Part shown: piece after piece, positions 51,954-60,581 of the stretch
How the letters are laid out: every line of letters starts with the position of its first letter
How positions within the stretch are numbered: the first letter of the stretch is position 1
NCBI GenBank assembly: GCA_045613085.1
Contig: JAZLAG010000003.1
Location: 48,696-112,695, forward strand
From: Acutalibacteraceae bacterium
Lineage (GTDB): Bacteria; Bacillota; Clostridia; Oscillospirales; Acutalibacteraceae
Direction of reading: 5' to 3'
DNA length: 64,000 nt
Position numbers and translations under genes: made by a program
The notes under the pieces: model-generated
The model's input: the letters and a program-made list of their open reading frames with translations, nothing else
The model's database searches: none
What the model was told of the DNA's origin: nothing

Positions 51954-52931
51954 CTACACCTCTTTGCACATAGTAATCTCTGCTTCAGACTTATCCACAA
52001 TTCTAAACCCACATTTACTATAAAGTCCTATTGCTACCAAATTATCTTTCGTTGTATGTAATTTCACTTGTTTGTATCCACGTTGTTTCAGATATTGAAT
52101 TGCAAATTCTACTGCAAATTTTCCAACACCTTGATGTTTGAATTCATTTGACACAACAAGCATTGAAATCCAGGCAACCTCTTTATTTTGCAATCCGTTC
52201 AACTTCAACCAAGCACATGGTATATCATTTTTACAAACAATAAAATTTTCTTCGTCAGAAGCTTGTGGTTCTGTAAATGCTTTTTGCCATTCTTCCAATG
52301 AAATAATTTCTGTATGCAAAGCAGAAAGATTATTTTCTTCAGACATAAGATTGTATATGAAGTTAACATCTTTTTCTGTAAATGGTCGTACAGCATATTG
52401 ATTCTGCAAGTCAATTTCAAATCGCAATGAAGTTTTACCATCATCACAGAATTTTTCTTTTAGTTTGCCGCCATTTTTCAATATCGTTTTAATTGCACCA
52501 TGGTTATTTTCATAAGGAACGATTTCTACACTTTTGAATTCAGTATCTCTACAAATATCTAAAGCAAGACGCAACATAATTGTTCCTAAACCTTTGCTTC
52601 TATGCCAAGGAGCAAGCCCTGAATGAAGATGTCCTCTGTGAGTATTTGAACTATTTATAACTATAGCACCAAATATCTCTTTATTATCATCTACAAGAAA
52701 ATACAGTGTACACGGAACTCCTGTGGAAAGCATTGAGCCTGTTATTCGGTCATCCTCACACCATTCCAACCATTTTGAATACGAAACATTTTCTCCCAAT
52801 AATTTACTATATCTGCGTAACAACTGAGGTTGAATGTTATCTTCAATGGACTCCCATTTATCCATCATTTCTGTGTACTGCTTTTCATAAGTTTCGTCTG
52901 GTATAACAAGTTTATAATTTTTAATATCCAT
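51954..52931 (-). CDS. Tandem-domain GNAT N-acetyltransferase
   Basis: Two acetyl-CoA motifs: HRSKGLGTIMLRLAL and FKHQGVGKFAVEFAI. Confidence 0.85.
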   Translation of the reverse strand: MDIKNYKLVIPDETYEKQYTEMMDKWESIEDNIQPQLLRRYSKLLGENVSYSKWLEWCEDDRITGSMLSTGVPCTLYFLVDDNKEIFGAIVINSSNTHRGHLHSGLAPWHRSKGLGTIMLRLALDICRDTEFKSVEIVPYENNHGAIKTILKNGGKLKEKFCDDGKTSLRFEIDLQNQYAVRPFTEKDVNFIYNLMSEENNLSALHTEIISLEEWQKAFTEPQASDEENFIVCKNDIPCAWLKLNGLQNKEVAWISMLVVSNEFKHQGVGKFAVEFAIQYLKQRGYKQVKLHTTKDNLVAIGLYSKCGFRIVDKSEAEITMCKEV

Positions 52932-52946
52932 AATAGTTTCCTCCTG

Positions 52947-52985
52947 TAAAAAATATAGGCACCTCCGAAACGGAGATGCCTTTTA
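52947..52985 (-). terminator. Terminator downstream of the LytTR gene
   Basis: GGCATCTCCGtttCGGAGGTGCC (minus sense) followed by tatatttttt. Confidence 0.55.
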
Positions 52986-53152
52986 AATTTACAGAAAGAT
53001 ATATTACATCAATCGCAAATGGACAAAATGGCATCTCTGTTTCGTAACATAGTATTCATTGTCATTTCGTCCACCTACCTTTAAATAATCTTCAATAATT
53101 ATACTCTTATGTTTTAAGAAAGTCAATATTTAGAAATGTACAAATCAACACT

Positions 53153-53662
53153 TCATTTACCAAACTCCAAAAACGCTTTTTTGAAATCATTAACTTTTCT
53201 TGTAGATGTATAAACTGAGTATTCTTTACCCTTACACTTCATTTTCACAAAATCTTTTGTTACTTCTCCAACATAGCAAAGATTCACAAGGTAACTGCTG
53301 TGTGGTTGAGCGAACATTTTCGGATTGAGTGTATCTTTCCAATACTCTAAAGAAAAATTTGTCTCAATTCGTTTCCCATCAACATACACCGCAGATTTTC
53401 TGTTTTCTATTGCTATGTAAATAATTTCACTTGGATGTATTCTACACACATCCTTGTTACTTGTCTGAACAATCAAATCTCTGTTGCAACAAGGTTTATT
53501 GCAAAACTCGTTTTCACCATTCAATTTAATACAAATTTTTTCTATACCACAACAATTTGTTAATTCAAAAGATATCTCATTATCATTTAAAAGTTTAATA
53601 ACTTTTTCCGTTGTTTCATCTTTTTTCGCCATATCATAAACTACTGAACTCATAAAACCCAT
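53153..53662 (-). CDS. Stand-alone LytTR DNA-binding domain protein with Cys-rich N-terminus
   Basis: IHPSEIIYIAIENRKSAVYVDGKRIETNFSLEYW...PHSSYLVNL is LytTR-like. The start could be 53653 (MSSVV) after caggatgg. Confidence 0.78.
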   Translation of the reverse strand: MGFMSSVVYDMAKKDETTEKVIKLLNDNEISFELTNCCGIEKICIKLNGENEFCNKPCCNRDLIVQTSNKDVCRIHPSEIIYIAIENRKSAVYVDGKRIETNFSLEYWKDTLNPKMFAQPHSSYLVNLCYVGEVTKDFVKMKCKGKEYSVYTSTRKVNDFKKAFLEFGK

Positions 53663-53686
53663 CCTGTATTTTTAATACGAAGGTTT

Positions 53687-53963
53687 AAGGTGACGGGAGT
53701 CGAACCCCGTACGCCTAAAATTTAAATCTTTCGGCACATTAAGCCGTTTTTTGTCTTGTTATACGCCAGTATGACTACGCCAAAGAAACACCTTACTGCA
53801 CCAAAATCTTTACAATTTTAGATGCAAGCAGTTTTGTAAGACGAAAAAATTTCCAATAACAAGGAAGAACTCGCAGGAATACTGTCGTATTTCAAGAGTT
53901 TTGACGATGTTAGTGGAAATTTTTGTCTTCCAAAACCGTGCGGTGTTTGGCTCCCGTCACCTT
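53687..53963 (-). ncRNA. Candidate structured RNA element, copy B (277 nt), directly upstream of the LytTR gene
   Basis: In the minus sense, AAGGTGACGGGAG (53951-53963) pairs perfectly with CTCCCGTCACCTT (53687-53699). Conserved blocks lie at 53857-53912 and 53747-53788, matching copy A at the same offsets (52 and 176). The element ends 25-34 nt before the LytTR start. Confidence 0.5.
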
Positions 53964-54069
53964 ACCCTCATTTATATATGACGAAAATCGACAAAAGCTA
54001 CATAAAAATTTTGGAATTTTATGAAAATCAGCGTTTTGTATATAGTAAAACAATTGAAATTAGTAAAAA

Positions 54070-54118
54070 TCACAACAAAAAGTGGTTGTAAAAAACTCTA
54101 CACTTTTACAACCACTTT
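54070..54118 (-). terminator. Terminator of the lipoprotein gene
   Basis: AAAGTGGTTGTAAAAgtgtagagttTTTTACAACCACTTT (minus sense), then a T-rich run. Confidence 0.6.
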
Positions 54119-54127
54119 ATCTTATTT

Positions 54128-55015
54128 TCATACCGTAATCGTATTATCCATGACAATAGTTACGTTCTCTACGTCTTTGCCAAATGCTTTTAGGTTATCC
54201 ATACTTATTGTTACGGTGCAATTCCACGTTCCGCTTACAATTTCACCGTTTTCATCAATAACAACGTTCACAGTAGGATTTGTGTAATATATTTTTGTAT
54301 CTTCTTCATTCTCTGAAAGTTCTATTGAAAGTCCCCTGTCGTTTAAATCTTTAACAATATCACTTATATCGCCGATAGTAGAAATTGCGTGACCGACGCT
54401 ACCGCTATTTACATCTTCTTTTGTACCCGAAGTCTGTTCATTCATAAGCATTTCTATTGCGACACCGTTACTGACTTTATAAGCTTTTGCCGAACTTACG
54501 TCATCTGCAACAAGATTTTCGTAACTACCAGTAATTCCGTTTATTTCGGTTGAATTACTCTCAAGGAATTTGGTAATTATGGACTTTATGAAAGACATCA
54601 TTTTTTCATTTTCGCCATCGTTAATATTGATTTCTTTCATAACGATTTTTTGAGAAGACTTTTCAGACTCGCTGGAGTTTTTTGCAGCATTTTTATATTC
54701 TTCTACAATTCTTTCTTTTGACCAGTTGGCAGGATCATCGTCTGTTTCAGTAGTAACCACTTCCGCATTAATAGTTGTTGACTGGGTAGTTGTAATTTGA
54801 GAAGAATCCTGAACATTATTTTCAACAGTAGTATCAACTATTGGTGTTTCAGTGTTCAAAATATTATCTGTAACAACCTCATTTACAGTACCATTAAAAA
54901 TTGTTGTACTCTCTAATGTAACCGAAGTTTCTTCACTTGCTTTACAAGCAGTTAAAGTGAAAAACACTATTAAAGAGAGCAACCCCGAAAACGCTCTTTT
55001 CATTGTTACATTCAT
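54128..55015 (-). CDS. Lipoprotein, paralogous in architecture to the 1-1010 protein
   Basis: MNVTMKRAFSGLLSLIVFFTLTAC lipobox after a GAGG RBS, then a Thr/Val/Glu-rich linker and a C-terminal domain. The track start at 55174 is unlikely. Confidence 0.7.
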   Translation of the reverse strand: MNVTMKRAFSGLLSLIVFFTLTACKASEETSVTLESTTIFNGTVNEVVTDNILNTETPIVDTTVENNVQDSSQITTTQSTTINAEVVTTETDDDPANWSKERIVEEYKNAAKNSSESEKSSQKIVMKEININDGENEKMMSFIKSIITKFLESNSTEINGITGSYENLVADDVSSAKAYKVSNGVAIEMLMNEQTSGTKEDVNSGSVGHAISTIGDISDIVKDLNDRGLSIELSENEEDTKIYYTNPTVNVVIDENGEIVSGTWNCTVTISMDNLKAFGKDVENVTIVMDNTITV

Positions 55016-55025
55016 AAATTTTTCC

Positions 55026-55394
55026 TCACCCGCAATAAATTTCAATTGCCTTTGACACAAACTCAGTTGTGCCATTACCGTGCTGGTCAATATTATTTTT
55101 AAATCGCTCATCAACAACATACATCTGACCAAGACCTTTGAGAATTTCAGTTGTACAAGTGTAATAATTCTCACTTATAAAATTCAGAAGTTTTGCTACA
55201 AGTACCTGTGCTTCACTTGAAGAAACTTCTGCACCACTATTTTTGCAATCTGCAAATTCTTTGAATATAGCGTTCATTTCATCTGCAAGAGCAAACCACT
55301 TTTCATCTGTATAATTTTTTGTTTTATCTTTGTGTTCGTTATATGCTTCAGTATCTCCAAAACGTTCACGAACTTCATTTTCATAATTCTGCAT
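55026..55394 (-). CDS. TipAS antibiotic-recognition-domain protein (no MerR HTH)
   Basis: YENEVRERFGDTEAY...EKW...EAQ.LVAKL...GQMYVVDERFKNNID matches the TipAS/SkgA pattern. Confidence 0.72.
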   Translation of the reverse strand: MQNYENEVRERFGDTEAYNEHKDKTKNYTDEKWFALADEMNAIFKEFADCKNSGAEVSSSEAQVLVAKLLNFISENYYTCTTEILKGLGQMYVVDERFKNNIDQHGNGTTEFVSKAIEIYCG

Positions 55395-55542
55395 AATATC
55401 ACCGTTTTTCATTCTATCATACCATCAAAAAATCCGCAACCATAATTTACAATTTGCCAGGTGTATGGTATAACCTATTTTATAAACTTGAATTGTATAA
55501 AATTTCACTTATTAATTAACAACAAAATGGATAAAATTATGA

Positions 55543-55686
55543 AAGTTCTTAAATTTGATACAACAAAAAAGGACGTATGAAATATATCTTGTTGATAATG
55601 AAAAGAACGGCGAGCTTATTACTGTGACCGAAAACTTAGAATTCACCCTCAAACCTTTCTCATTTATGCTTATTAAAGAAATATAA
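55543..55686 (+). pseudogene. Possible 3' remnant of a glycoside hydrolase gene
   Basis: The frame reads ...YEIYLVDNEKNGELITVTENLEFTLKPFSFMLIKEI*, bounded upstream by TGA, with no start codon or RBS. Confidence 0.25.
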
Positions 55687-55694
55687 AAAGAAAC

Positions 55695-55733
55695 AAAACT
55701 CTCAAGTCAAATTGACCTGAGAGTTTTGTTTTT
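55695..55733. terminator. Bidirectional terminator
   Basis: AAAACTCTCAAGTCAAaTTGACCTGAGAGTTTT followed by gttttt. Confidence 0.6.
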
Positions 55734-56760
55734 ATATAATCTTCTTTTCAATATATTCCGAAGTCATTGCATTAAGAAGACAATTATAATTCATTTTAAA
55801 CTCCACTATATCGCCTACTTTATAAACCTTATCACAATTAGTAACATCGAGTACAACATGGTCACTACTTCCGCCCACAATCTGCATTTTTACATCAACA
55901 CAAGAAAGTCCTGAAAGATAAATGTCCTGCTTACCAATAGCAACAATTGCTCTGTCAATAAATTCTGCTGAATCAACAGATTCATTAACATCTTTAGGTT
56001 TCGACTTTAACTCTATAATCTCAGCTTTTAAAATAAAGTTATCAGTTTTGGCTCCTTCAAAGCATTCGTCATAAACAGGAATATTCCCAAGATAAACTGC
56101 TTCACCAATTCTGAGATTATTAATTCTCTTATCAAGACCATCTGATAATAATAGCGGAATTGAGCTTGAAGCACCGCCAGAAATAACAGGAAACATCTTA
56201 TTGATATAACCTTCTAAAACATTTACATTTGAAATGAATTCCGACATATTCTCCTTAGTTGGAACAACATCATTAAGACAACTAAGATTTGTACCAATAC
56301 CAATAACCAGAATTCCCGGAAGTTCGTTACACAAATCAACCAATTGTACCAATTCGTCTATATAGCACCCTTCACGAAGGTCACCACACTCGCACATAAG
56401 TATCACCTTATGAACTGTAGTTTGCTTTAAAGCAGACTCGTTAAGTGCTAATAAAATATCTTTTTCAGTATTAAGGCTGACATCCACATACTTAACAACC
56501 TCATCCACCTCAGAAATCATCGGTGAACGAATCAACCACTTCTCTGCATTGATATCTTTAAATTTAATAAGATTCTGGAGTCTGGAATCACAAATTGTTT
56601 TCACATCACTCTTGCTTATAATCTTCTCAACAAGAGCCGAGTCCCCTGCCAAAACTTTTGTAACAAGAGAAATGAAAATCCCACGCTCATCACAGGCTTT
56701 TTTCAGAATATTGATATTATCAATAATACCATCAACTTTTATCTCAATACAAGGATACAT
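55732..56760 (-). CDS. Alanine/ornithine-racemase-family PLP enzyme (COG3457-like predicted amino-acid racemase)
   Basis: 342 aa. N-terminal TIM-barrel pattern with a candidate PLP Lys in ISLVTKVLAG. Confidence 0.6.
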   Translation of the reverse strand: MYPCIEIKVDGIIDNINILKKACDERGIFISLVTKVLAGDSALVEKIISKSDVKTICDSRLQNLIKFKDINAEKWLIRSPMISEVDEVVKYVDVSLNTEKDILLALNESALKQTTVHKVILMCECGDLREGCYIDELVQLVDLCNELPGILVIGIGTNLSCLNDVVPTKENMSEFISNVNVLEGYINKMFPVISGGASSSIPLLLSDGLDKRINNLRIGEAVYLGNIPVYDECFEGAKTDNFILKAEIIELKSKPKDVNESVDSAEFIDRAIVAIGKQDIYLSGLSCVDVKMQIVGGSSDHVVLDVTNCDKVYKVGDIVEFKMNYNCLLNAMTSEYIEKKII

Positions 56761-56763
56761 AAG

Positions 56764-57513
56764 TTACTCCGTTTTTTGTTTAATAAATGCACCAATCGTT
56801 TTAAATGAATTACGCTCTATTTCAAAAAATGAATCTTCAATAGGTGCCACAGGTTCTGCACCCTTTGCCTTAAGTGCTTCGTTTATAATTTTTTCAGTAT
56901 ACCAAGGGTTTTTAACAAACACAGGACCTAACGCGTTAGTAAATATTGCATTTTTATATTTACCGCCCTCAGTAGTATCTGTATCATTATTTCCCTTACC
57001 ATAAATCAACTTACCAAGTGCATCATTTTCATCCTTCAAGAAGAAATCGACTAAATGAATCTGCACTGCCATCAACTCAAAGCTTTCGTCTTCTGTAAGG
57101 CAGAAATGAAGGTCATCACCGTAAATGGCTTTTCTTTCAACTGCTTCAGCATGAATGATCCCTAAACCTTCAACATCACTACCATCAGCACGCTTTGTTT
57201 TATCAATTAACACTGCACCTGTAGTGCCAATAGCAATAACAGGCTTACCAGCATCTACAAAATCATAAATAGCATTATCATATTTCTTTATGTTTTCTAC
57301 AATTGAAGAGACGGTTTTCAATTCACCTGCATTCATAAATATAATATCAGAATTTTCGAAATCAATGGTTTGTGCAAAGGTGTCAATGCGGTTGATTTTA
57401 ACCTCTAACCCCATCTTTTTGCCAACCTTTTCAAACGCCATTAAATTACCTCTGTCGCCGTGAAGATTTAAGAGGTCAGGATAGAGCCAAGTAATATTTA
57501 ATGTGTTATTCAT
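56764..57513 (-). CDS. gatD: Lipid II isoglutaminyl synthase, glutaminase subunit (GatD, CobQ-type amidotransferase)
   Basis: LNITWLYPDLLNLHGDRGN N-terminus and adjacency to murT. GGAGGAG RBS before the ATG at 57513. Confidence 0.78.
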   Translation of the reverse strand: MNNTLNITWLYPDLLNLHGDRGNLMAFEKVGKKMGLEVKINRIDTFAQTIDFENSDIIFMNAGELKTVSSIVENIKKYDNAIYDFVDAGKPVIAIGTTGAVLIDKTKRADGSDVEGLGIIHAEAVERKAIYGDDLHFCLTEDESFELMAVQIHLVDFFLKDENDALGKLIYGKGNNDTDTTEGGKYKNAIFTNALGPVFVKNPWYTEKIINEALKAKGAEPVAPIEDSFFEIERNSFKTIGAFIKQKTE

Positions 57514-57514
57514 A

Positions 57515-58885
57515 TTATTTTTCTCCTCCATATTGCTTAGTAGAAACCTCAAGTTCATTATATTTCTTAAGCCAGGTTATAAGATAAACATTATCAATCG
57601 GGAATTTATCAAGCTCACTTAAAATAGCTTCATCGCTATCATTAGGTAAAATTGAAATATCCTCTGGAGATATACCCGCATAAATCATTCTGTTTGCAGT
57701 ATCATAAGCTACTGCTTCAGAGAAGCATATATAATGCTTGATATTATTCTTTTTAAGTGATTCAAAATCAACGTCAAAAGCATAGAAGGTATTTGTATAA
57801 TACGGGTCAAAATCTTTTAATTCTTCTAATCCCATCAAAAGAATTTTTTCATCTGGGTCTTTAGCAATATAGTCTAATGCAGTCTGGAGTGTTTCCGGAT
57901 TTTCTTGCTTTATACGAATATATTTTAATGTCTTTGTTTTATACTTAAGAGTTTCCATTCTACCGCTGATATTTTTAAAGTTTAAAAATGCTTTTTGCAA
58001 TTCATCGTTAGAAATTCCAACGCTATTACACACCGCAATGCAAAGAGCATAATTGAAAATATAGAAAGGCTCATTGTTAGTTACTGTGAAGCGGTAGCCA
58101 TTACAATCGAAGCTACTGCGGTCAGAAAATTCTACATTCTCAGCCATAAATGCAACCTTTTCCTCAGAAGCAAAGCTACAACCAGCACAATGAAATTTAC
58201 CAACATTATCTACATTGTAATAATCAAAAACTATCTTGTCATTACATTTCGGACAAGGCATTGTTACATCGTAAAACTTGTCCTTTGTAAATGAATACTT
58301 AGTTTTACCAACACCATAATAAACTACACTCTCAGTAAGATCCTCAAACGCTTTTGCACGGGGCTCACCATCGTTAAGAAAGAGAGTCATATCTGAGTTA
58401 AAAACCTTTTTGAATTTCTGCACAATATAATCAGGTTCGCCGTTTCTTTGTACCTGATCTTTTTGTAAATTTGTAACACAAACCTTACGAGCAGGAATAT
58501 ATTTATATATATGCTCCATAGAGCGTTCGTCTATTTCAAAAGAAAAATATTCTGTTTTCATTTTACCTGTGAGGGTTGAATTACGGATTAACGCAGTAGC
58601 AATACCGCCAATCATATTAGCACCCTCAAGGTTAGAGCAAACTGTTTTGCCAGCACTTCTGAGAGCGTGAACCACCATATTATTTGCGGTAGATTTACCA
58701 TTTGTGCCTGTAATAAAAATCACTTTATCAACATCTATACCCTTAAAATGACTAATAAAATCTGGCATTAGGAGATTTGCCTTTGCACCAGGCATATTTG
58801 TACCTCTGCCTTTTGCAAAAATATTACAGAAGAGCATTAATGCTTTTCCTACACAAAGTGTAAAAAGAAACTTAAGTTTTTTCAT
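57515..58885 (-). CDS. murT: Lipid II isoglutaminyl synthase, Mur-ligase-like subunit (MurT)
   Basis: P-loop ITGTNGKST, Cys4 ribbon CPKCNDK...HCAGCSF, and a DUF1727-like C-terminus. GGAGG RBS before the ATG at 58885. Confidence 0.82.
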   Translation of the reverse strand: MKKLKFLFTLCVGKALMLFCNIFAKGRGTNMPGAKANLLMPDFISHFKGIDVDKVIFITGTNGKSTANNMVVHALRSAGKTVCSNLEGANMIGGIATALIRNSTLTGKMKTEYFSFEIDERSMEHIYKYIPARKVCVTNLQKDQVQRNGEPDYIVQKFKKVFNSDMTLFLNDGEPRAKAFEDLTESVVYYGVGKTKYSFTKDKFYDVTMPCPKCNDKIVFDYYNVDNVGKFHCAGCSFASEEKVAFMAENVEFSDRSSFDCNGYRFTVTNNEPFYIFNYALCIAVCNSVGISNDELQKAFLNFKNISGRMETLKYKTKTLKYIRIKQENPETLQTALDYIAKDPDEKILLMGLEELKDFDPYYTNTFYAFDVDFESLKKNNIKHYICFSEAVAYDTANRMIYAGISPEDISILPNDSDEAILSELDKFPIDNVYLITWLKKYNELEVSTKQYGGEK

Positions 58886-58942
58886 AAAAACCCTCCAAAA
58901 TAAATTACACAATATTCTACTATATTTCACTATGAAAGTCAA

Positions 58943-60580
58943 TTAAAGACTGTTTGACACATTATTCTCGTTAATAATATTGCCAACACAAATACCCTCA
59001 ATTCTAAACTCTTTATCAAACACATTATTCTTTATTTCTGCATTTTCCAGATACTCAAGATGTATCAAGTGGGTGTCACCGTAGCAATTTTTAAAAATAT
59101 TATTTTCAAGAATCAGCTTGCCGTGAACAAATTCTTTTGATTCTTCATCCATAACCTTTGGTGTGTATCTTATAGTCGGTGCACCAGAGAATGTAGGACC
59201 AAAATCACACGCATCAATTATATTATTCTTAAAAACTATCTCTTTAGTGTAGCCTGACTCAAACCAGAAATTGCAATCATCTTCAATAAGAAGTGCTGGA
59301 CCCCACAACTTGAAAAACGTATTATTTTCTATAACAACCTTACCGCGTGTTGTCGCGAGTATTCCCCTACCAGCAGTCTGAGAAAAAGAACAGTTCTGCA
59401 CTAATAAATCGGGTATCCACGAAGCATTTTCTATAACATCTTTTTTCTTATTAAGTTTTGGTAATTCTCTGTCGAGATAAAGTTTTATATCTGTATCGTT
59501 GATTTGAGTAAAGTTTAAAACCTTTACAGTATAATATGGCTTTAATGTATCCCATTTTATAAATTCAAGTTCGTCACTAATTTCGAATGCCTGAAAGCCC
59601 CAGCTTTCATTGTGCATAAATCGGACTATAATTGATTTTTCTTTTTTATTCGCTTTAACAATTCTCAGGTGGGTTCCGTGAACATTTATATAATCATCGT
59701 GAGCACCAAAGGCTTTACAATTTTTAATCTCTAATTGACCGCGACAACCCGAAAACTGAAAAAAATCGGCAGTGCTTGCAATAGTTCTGTGCTCTGCTGG
59801 TGTGAAATCGCAATTTAAAAATGATACATTTTCACAGAATTGCGAAACCATACCCAGACCATGCATAAACTTCACTCTTAAATTTTCGAATCTGAGATTT
59901 TTGCATCTCTCAAAAAAACTACCAACCTGGTCGCGAATTATATTTCTTGTCTGGATTGTAGTACCAACTTTGAAAGAAATAGCGGGATTTTTAAAATGTA
60001 CCCTCAGAACATTATTACCGAGATTCTCTATTTTTGAAAAATTCAAATCTGCTCGTCTAAAATCACGAGTTTCAAAGCTTTCTGGGTCGAACACCTTAAT
60101 ATGCCTTTTATTACCGTGATAGCTATCAATCCAATACGGCTTGCCATTTTTGTCGTTTTCGCCTACCCAGAAAAGTTCATTTCCACGAATAGTGTAAAGA
60201 CAATCTTCGTTTATTTTAATATCAAAAACGCCATTTTCGCTCGACAGAACTTTGAACTCAGACATTGTCGGACACGCGTAATCTAAAGTCAGATTTTTTA
60301 CAGTAATATTTTCACAGTGGTCAAAAAGAACTGGGGTCATTTTACCATGAACTAATATAGTTGCACCATTACCATCAATTGTGATATTTTTCTGATTTTT
60401 AAGATAAACTGCGGTATAGCGTGTGCCATCAGGATTTTCTTCCTTTTTTGCAGTATTTGAGCAATAATAACCTTGAAGCAAAAAAGAGTCATCTTGCCTT
60501 ACATCGTAGATTCTATTCTTTTCTAAAACTACTGTATCGTTATCATTGACTTTTAAAAATATTTCACTTAATTCATTCAT
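58943..60580 (-). CDS. Right-handed parallel beta-helix (pectin-lyase-fold) protein, probable glycoside hydrolase
   Basis: Repetitive NITIDGNGATI / ITVKNLTLDY / IENNTF / FKNNII motifs. No signal peptide is evident. Confidence 0.55.
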   Translation of the reverse strand: MNELSEIFLKVNDNDTVVLEKNRIYDVRQDDSFLLQGYYCSNTAKKEENPDGTRYTAVYLKNQKNITIDGNGATILVHGKMTPVLFDHCENITVKNLTLDYACPTMSEFKVLSSENGVFDIKINEDCLYTIRGNELFWVGENDKNGKPYWIDSYHGNKRHIKVFDPESFETRDFRRADLNFSKIENLGNNVLRVHFKNPAISFKVGTTIQTRNIIRDQVGSFFERCKNLRFENLRVKFMHGLGMVSQFCENVSFLNCDFTPAEHRTIASTADFFQFSGCRGQLEIKNCKAFGAHDDYINVHGTHLRIVKANKKEKSIIVRFMHNESWGFQAFEISDELEFIKWDTLKPYYTVKVLNFTQINDTDIKLYLDRELPKLNKKKDVIENASWIPDLLVQNCSFSQTAGRGILATTRGKVVIENNTFFKLWGPALLIEDDCNFWFESGYTKEIVFKNNIIDACDFGPTFSGAPTIRYTPKVMDEESKEFVHGKLILENNIFKNCYGDTHLIHLEYLENAEIKNNVFDKEFRIEGICVGNIINENNVSNSL

Positions 60581-60581
60581 T

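Noticed and set aside
53687-53963. tmRNA (ssrA) hypothesis for element B, prompted by the GGGGTTCGACTCCC T-arm-like 3' region and a possible 7-bp acceptor stem TAAGGTG/CACCTTA
   Set aside because: There is no GGGG...TTCGAC 5' motif, no tag ORF ending in an (A)LAA-type peptide, and no encoded or addable ACCA end. At about 277 nt it is too short. The paralogue A lacks the T-arm-like sequence altogether.
36352-53963. Search for an integrase, transposase, relaxase or phage genes that would define the tRNA-linked segments as an active mobile element
   Set aside because: No ORF in this interval shows tyrosine/serine recombinase, DDE transposase or phage structural motifs. The segments are therefore described only as att-like scars and accessory DNA, not as a mobile_element feature.
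54021-54287. 88-aa plus-strand ORF overlapping the 3' end of the lipoprotein gene and its terminator
   Set aside because: It crosses a terminator hairpin, is antisense to a supported CDS, and has no RBS.
56549-57004. 151-aa plus-strand ORF
   Set aside because: It is antisense to the racemase and gatD genes and spans their intergenic junction. It has no RBS.
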